Sequence record: MZ318361
DNA: 36,942 bases
Origin: Escherichia phage T7
Reading direction: 5' to 3' (one strand)
Shown here: one piece after another, positions 31,998-36,942 of the stretch
Layout of the letters: the number at the start of each line of letters is the position of its first letter
Position numbering within the stretch: position 1 is the first letter of the stretch
The notes under the pieces: model-generated
Seen by the model: the letters and a program-made list of their open reading frames with translations, nothing else
Told to the model about the DNA's origin: nothing
Databases searched by the model: none
Translations under genes and position numbers: made by a program

Positions 31998-33659
31998 ATG
32001 GCTAACGTAATTAAAACCGTTTTGACTTACCAGTTAGATGGCTCCAATCGTGATTTTAATATCCCGTTTGAGTATCTAGCCCGTAAGTTCGTAGTGGTAA
32101 CTCTTATTGGTGTAGACCGAAAGGTCCTTACGATTAATACAGACTATCGCTTTGCTACACGTACTACTATCTCTCTGACAAAGGCTTGGGGTCCAGCCGA
32201 TGGCTACACGACCATCGAGTTACGTCGAGTAACCTCCACTACCGACCGATTGGTTGACTTTACGGATGGTTCAATCCTCCGCGCGTATGACCTTAACGTC
32301 GCTCAGATTCAAACGATGCACGTAGCGGAAGAGGCCCGTGACCTCACTACGGATACTATCGGTGTCAATAACGATGGTCACTTGGATGCTCGTGGTCGTC
32401 GAATTGTGAACCTAGCGAACGCCGTGGATGACCGCGATGCTGTTCCGTTTGGTCAACTAAAGACCATGAACCAGAACTCATGGCAAGCACGTAATGAAGC
32501 CTTACAGTTCCGTAATGAGGCTGAGACTTTCAGAAACCAAGCGGAGGGCTTTAAGAACGAGTCCAGTACCAACGCTACGAACACAAAGCAGTGGCGCGAT
32601 GAGACCAAGGGTTTCCGAGACGAAGCCAAGCGGTTCAAGAATACGGCTGGTCAATACGCTACATCTGCTGGGAACTCTGCTTCCGCTGCGCATCAATCTG
32701 AGGTAAACGCTGAGAACTCTGCCACAGCATCCGCTAACTCTGCTCATTTGGCAGAACAGCAAGCAGACCGTGCGGAACGTGAGGCAGACAAGCTGGAAAA
32801 TTACAATGGATTGGCTGGTGCAATTGATAAGGTAGATGGAACCAATGTGTACTGGAAAGGAAATATTCACGCTAACGGGCGCCTTTACATGACCACAAAC
32901 GGTTTTGACTGTGGCCAGTATCAACAGTTCTTTGGTGGTGTCACTAATCGTTACTCTGTCATGGAGTGGGGAGATGAGAACGGATGGCTGATGTATGTTC
33001 AACGTAGAGAGTGGACAACAGCGATAGGCGGTAACATCCAGTTAGTAGTAAACGGACAGATCATCACCCAAGGTGGAGCCATGACCGGTCAGCTAAAATT
33101 GCAGAATGGGCATGTTCTTCAATTAGAGTCCGCATCCGACAAGGCGCACTATATTCTATCTAAAGATGGTAACAGGAATAACTGGTACATTGGTAGAGGG
33201 TCAGATAACAACAATGACTGTACCTTCCACTCCTATGTACATGGTACGACCTTAACACTCAAGCAGGACTATGCAGTAGTTAACAAACACTTCCACGTAG
33301 GTCAGGCCGTTGTGGCCACTGATGGTAATATTCAAGGTACTAAGTGGGGAGGTAAATGGCTGGATGCTTACCTACGTGACAGCTTCGTTGCGAAGTCCAA
33401 GGCGTGGACTCAGGTGTGGTCTGGTAGTGCTGGCGGTGGGGTAAGTGTGACTGTTTCACAGGATCTCCGCTTCCGCAATATCTGGATTAAGTGTGCCAAC
33501 AACTCTTGGAACTTCTTCCGTACTGGCCCCGATGGAATCTACTTCATAGCCTCTGATGGTGGATGGTTACGATTCCAAATACACTCCAACGGTCTCGGAT
33601 TCAAGAATATTGCAGACAGTCGTTCAGTACCTAATGCAATCATGGTGGAGAACGAGTAA
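31998..33659 (+). CDS. gp17: Tail fiber protein
   Basis: 553-aa ORF MANVIKTVLTYQLDGSNRDFNIPFEYLARKF... Confidence 0.95.
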   Translation: MANVIKTVLTYQLDGSNRDFNIPFEYLARKFVVVTLIGVDRKVLTINTDYRFATRTTISLTKAWGPADGYTTIELRRVTSTTDRLVDFTDGSILRAYDLNVAQIQTMHVAEEARDLTTDTIGVNNDGHLDARGRRIVNLANAVDDRDAVPFGQLKTMNQNSWQARNEALQFRNEAETFRNQAEGFKNESSTNATNTKQWRDETKGFRDEAKRFKNTAGQYATSAGNSASAAHQSEVNAENSATASANSAHLAEQQADRAEREADKLENYNGLAGAIDKVDGTNVYWKGNIHANGRLYMTTNGFDCGQYQQFFGGVTNRYSVMEWGDENGWLMYVQRREWTTAIGGNIQLVVNGQIITQGGAMTGQLKLQNGHVLQLESASDKAHYILSKDGNRNNWYIGRGSDNNNDCTFHSYVHGTTLTLKQDYAVVNKHFHVGQAVVATDGNIQGTKWGGKWLDAYLRDSFVAKSKAWTQVWSGSAGGGVSVTVSQDLRFRNIWIKCANNSWNFFRTGPDGIYFIASDGGWLRFQIHSNGLGFKNIADSRSVPNAIMVENE

Positions 33660-33717
33660 TTGGTAAATCACAAGGAAAGACGTGTAGTCCACGGATGGAC
33701 TCTCAAGGAGGTACAAG

Positions 33718-33987
33718 ATGGAAAAGGATAAGAGCCTTATTACATTCTTAGAGATGTTGGACACTGCGATGGCTCAGCGTATGCTTGCGGACCTTTCGGA
33801 CCATGAGCGTCGCTCTCCGCAACTCTATAATGCTATTAACAAACTGTTAGACCGCCACAAGTTCCAGATTGGTAAGTTGCAGCCGGATGTTCACATCTTA
33901 GGTGGCCTTGCTGGTGCTCTTGAAGAGTACAAAGAGAAAGTCGGTGATAACGGTCTTACGGATGATGATATTTACACATTACAGTGA
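33718..33987 (+). CDS. gp18: DNA maturation/packaging protein A (small terminase)
   Basis: 89-aa ORF MEKDKSLITFLEMLDTAMAQRMLADLSDHERRSPQLYNAINKLL... Confidence 0.9.
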   Translation: MEKDKSLITFLEMLDTAMAQRMLADLSDHERRSPQLYNAINKLLDRHKFQIGKLQPDVHILGGLAGALEEYKEKVGDNGLTDDDIYTLQ

Positions 33988-34081
33988 CTCGAGAGGATCC
34001 ACTACAGATAGTGGTCTTTATGGATGTCATTGTCTATACGAGATGCTCCTACGTGAAATCTGAAAGTTAACGGGAGGCATT

Positions 34082-34513
34082 ATGCTAGAATTTTTACGTA
34101 AGCTAATCCCTTGGGTTCTCGCTGGGATGCTATTCGGGTTAGGATGGCATCTAGGGTCAGACTCAATGGACGCTAAATGGAAACAGGAGGTACACAATGA
34201 GTACGTTAAGAGAGTTGAGGCTGCGAAGAGCACTCAAAGAGCAATCGATGCGGTATCTGCTAAGTATCAAGAAGACCTTGCCGCGCTGGAAGGGAGCACT
34301 GATAGGATTATTTCTGATTTGCGTAGCGACAATAAGCGGTTGCGCGTCAGAGTCAAAACTACCGGAACCTCCGATGGTCAGTGTGGATTCGAGCCTGATG
34401 GTCGAGCCGAACTTGACGACCGAGATGCTAAACGTATTCTCGCAGTGACCCAGAAGGGTGACGCATGGATTCGTGCGTTACAGGATACTATTCGTGAACT
34501 GCAACGTAAGTAG
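34082..34513 (+). CDS. gp18.5: Rz-like inner-membrane spanin
   Basis: 143-aa ORF with N-terminal transmembrane segment LIPWVLAGMLFGLGW and coiled-coil-like remainder. Confidence 0.85.
   Translation: MLEFLRKLIPWVLAGMLFGLGWHLGSDSMDAKWKQEVHNEYVKRVEAAKSTQRAIDAVSAKYQEDLAALEGSTDRIISDLRSDNKRLRVRVKTTGTSDGQCGFEPDGRAELDDRDAKRILAVTQKGDAWIRALQDTIRELQRK
34197..34448 (+). CDS. gp18.7: Rz1-like outer-membrane lipoprotein spanin, embedded in gene 18.5 in another frame
   Basis: 83-aa ORF wholly inside 18.5; lipobox-like LICVATISGCAS followed by a proline-rich segment. Confidence 0.75.
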   Translation: MSTLRELRLRRALKEQSMRYLLSIKKTLPRWKGALIGLFLICVATISGCASESKLPEPPMVSVDSSLMVEPNLTTEMLNVFSQ

Positions 34514-34534
34514 GAAATCAAGTAAGGAGGCAAT

Positions 34535-36295
34535 GTGTCTACTCAATCCAATCGTAATGCGCTCGTAGTGGCGCAACTGAAAGGAGACTTCGTGGCGTTC
34601 CTATTCGTCTTATGGAAGGCGCTAAACCTACCGGTGCCCACTAAGTGTCAGATTGACATGGCTAAGGTGCTGGCGAATGGAGACAACAAGAAGTTCATCT
34701 TACAGGCTTTCCGTGGTATCGGTAAGTCGTTCATCACATGTGCGTTCGTTGTGTGGTCCTTATGGAGAGACCCTCAGTTGAAGATACTTATCGTATCAGC
34801 CTCTAAGGAGCGTGCAGACGCTAACTCCATCTTTATTAAGAACATCATTGACCTGCTGCCATTCCTATCTGAGTTAAAGCCAAGACCCGGACAGCGTGAC
34901 TCGGTAATCAGCTTTGATGTAGGCCCAGCCAATCCTGACCACTCTCCTAGTGTGAAATCAGTAGGTATCACTGGTCAGTTAACTGGTAGCCGTGCTGACA
35001 TTATCATTGCGGATGACGTTGAGATTCCGTCTAACAGCGCAACTATGGGTGCCCGTGAGAAGCTATGGACTCTGGTTCAGGAGTTCGCTGCGTTACTTAA
35101 ACCGCTGCCTTCCTCTCGCGTTATCTACCTTGGTACACCTCAGACAGAGATGACTCTCTATAAGGAACTTGAGGATAACCGTGGGTACACAACCATTATC
35201 TGGCCTGCTCTGTACCCAAGGACACGTGAAGAGAACCTCTATTACTCACAGCGTCTTGCTCCTATGTTACGCGCTGAGTACGATGAGAACCCTGAGGCAC
35301 TTGCTGGGACTCCAACAGACCCAGTGCGCTTTGACCGTGATGACCTGCGCGAGCGTGAGTTGGAATACGGTAAGGCTGGCTTTACGCTACAGTTCATGCT
35401 TAACCCTAACCTTAGTGATGCCGAGAAGTACCCGCTGAGGCTTCGTGACGCTATCGTAGCGGCCTTAGACTTAGAGAAGGCCCCAATGCATTACCAGTGG
35501 CTTCCGAACCGTCAGAACATCATTGAGGACCTTCCTAACGTTGGCCTTAAGGGTGATGACCTGCATACGTACCACGATTGTTCCAACAACTCAGGTCAGT
35601 ACCAACAGAAGATTCTGGTCATTGACCCTAGTGGTCGCGGTAAGGACGAAACAGGTTACGCTGTGCTGTACACACTGAACGGTTACATCTACCTTATGGA
35701 AGCTGGAGGTTTCCGTGATGGCTACTCCGATAAGACCCTTGAGTTACTCGCTAAGAAGGCAAAGCAATGGGGAGTCCAAACGGTTGTCTACGAGAGTAAC
35801 TTCGGTGACGGTATGTTCGGTAAGGTATTCAGTCCTATCCTTCTTAAACACCACAACTGTGCGATGGAAGAGATTCGTGCCCGTGGTATGAAAGAGATGC
35901 GTATTTGCGATACCCTTGAGCCAGTCATGCAGACTCACCGCCTTGTAATTCGTGATGAGGTCATTAGGGCCGACTACCAGTCCGCTCGTGACGTAGACGG
36001 TAAGCATGACGTTAAGTACTCGTTGTTCTACCAGATGACCCGTATCACTCGTGAGAAAGGCGCTCTGGCTCATGATGACCGATTGGATGCCCTTGCGTTA
36101 GGCATTGAGTATCTCCGTGAGTCCATGCAGTTGGATTCCGTTAAGGTCGAGGGTGAAGTACTTGCTGACTTCCTTGAGGAACACATGATGCGTCCTACGG
36201 TTGCTGCTACGCATATCATTGAGATGTCTGTGGGAGGAGTTGATGTGTACTCTGAGGACGATGAGGGTTACGGTACGTCTTTCATTGAGTGGTGA
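34535..36295 (+). CDS. gp19: DNA maturation/packaging protein B (large terminase)
   Basis: 586-aa GTG-initiated [22 protein letters not shown]...; AGGAGG Shine-Dalgarno. Confidence 0.95.
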
Positions 36296-36376
36296 TTTAT
36301 GCATTAGGACTGCATAGGGATGCACTATAGACCACGGATGGTCAGTTCTTTAAGTTACTGAAAAGACACGATAAAT

Positions 36377-36399
36377 TAATACGACTCACTATAGGGAGA
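36377..36399 (+). promoter_or_regulatory. T7 promoter phiOR (perfect consensus)
   Basis: TAATACGACTCACTATAGGGAGA. Confidence 0.9.
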
Positions 36400-36553
36400 G
36401 GAGGGACGAAAGGTTACTATATAGATACTGAATGAATACTTATAGAGTGCATAAAGTATGCATAATGGTGTACCTAGAGTGACCTCTAAGAATGGTGATT
36501 ATATTGTATTAGTATCACCTTAACTTAAGGACCAACATAAAGGGAGGAGACTC

Positions 36554-36703
36554 ATGTTCCGCTTATTGTTGAACCTACTGCGGCATAGAGTCACCTACCG
36601 ATTTCTTGTGGTACTTTGTGCTGACCTTGGGTACGCATCTCTTACTGGAGACCTCAGTTCACTGGAGTCTGTCGTTTGCTCTATACTCACTTGTAGCGAT
36701 TAG
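36554..36703 (+). CDS. gp19.5: Gene 19.5 small protein
   Basis: 49-aa ORF MFRLLLNLLRHRVTYRFLVVLCADLGYASLTGDLSSLESVVCSILTCSD after a GGGAGGAG Shine-Dalgarno. Confidence 0.7.
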   Translation: MFRLLLNLLRHRVTYRFLVVLCADLGYASLTGDLSSLESVVCSILTCSD

Positions 36704-36795
36704 GGTCTTCCTGACCGACTGATGGCTCACCGAGGGATTCAGCGGTATGATTGCATCACACCACTTCATCCCTATAGAGTCAAGTCCTGAGGTAT

Positions 36796-36872
36796 ACCCA
36801 TAAAGAGCCTCTAATGGTCTATCCTAAGGTCTATACCTAAAGATAGGCCATCCTATCAGTGTCACCTAAAGA
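36796..36872. repeat. Right-end short CCTAAAG-like repeats adjacent to the right terminal repeat
   Basis: CCATAAAGAG, TCCTAAGGTC, ACCTAAAGAT, ACCTAAAGAG recur; window stops at ...ATCTGAGTGACTA, where I expect the right terminal repeat to begin. Confidence 0.55.
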
Positions 36873-36942
36873 GGGTCTTAGAGAGGGCCTATGGAGTTCC
36901 TATAGGGTCCTTTAAAATATACCATAAAAATCTGAGTGACTA

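Noticed and set aside
35169-35438. 89-aa plus-strand alternative-frame ORF inside gene 19 (near where T7 annotations list hypothetical gene 19.2)
   Set aside because: Boundaries do not match my recollection of 19.2 and there is no sequence-level evidence of expression; not called.

Overview
This window is essentially a complete bacteriophage T7 genome, running from the left terminal repeat to the last bases before the right terminal repeat. It is not a novel biological system: it is a laboratory-engineered T7 derivative whose gene 10 region matches a T7Select-type phage-display vector. All genes are on the + strand in the canonical T7 order (RNA polymerase, DNA metabolism genes, then structural, lysis and packaging genes), driven by 16 copies of the 23-bp T7 promoter plus the host-type A1 promoter. 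Compared with wild-type T7 as I remember it, five things differ: (1) about 2.2 kb of the early region is deleted, removing promoters A2/A3, genes 0.3 to 0.6 and the 5' two-thirds of the 0.7 kinase; (2) phi3.8 and gene 3.8 are missing between genes 3.5 and 4; (3) the capsid gene is truncated at codon 348 and fused to a BamHI-EcoRI-SacI-SalI-HindIII-NotI-XhoI polylinker, with the 10A/10B frameshift site recoded; (4) the holin gene 17.5 is cleanly excised; (5) there are small restriction-site edits. All wild-type comparisons are from memory of the T7 reference, not from an alignment, and should be confirmed that way. No tRNA, rRNA, CRISPR array or transposable element is evident.
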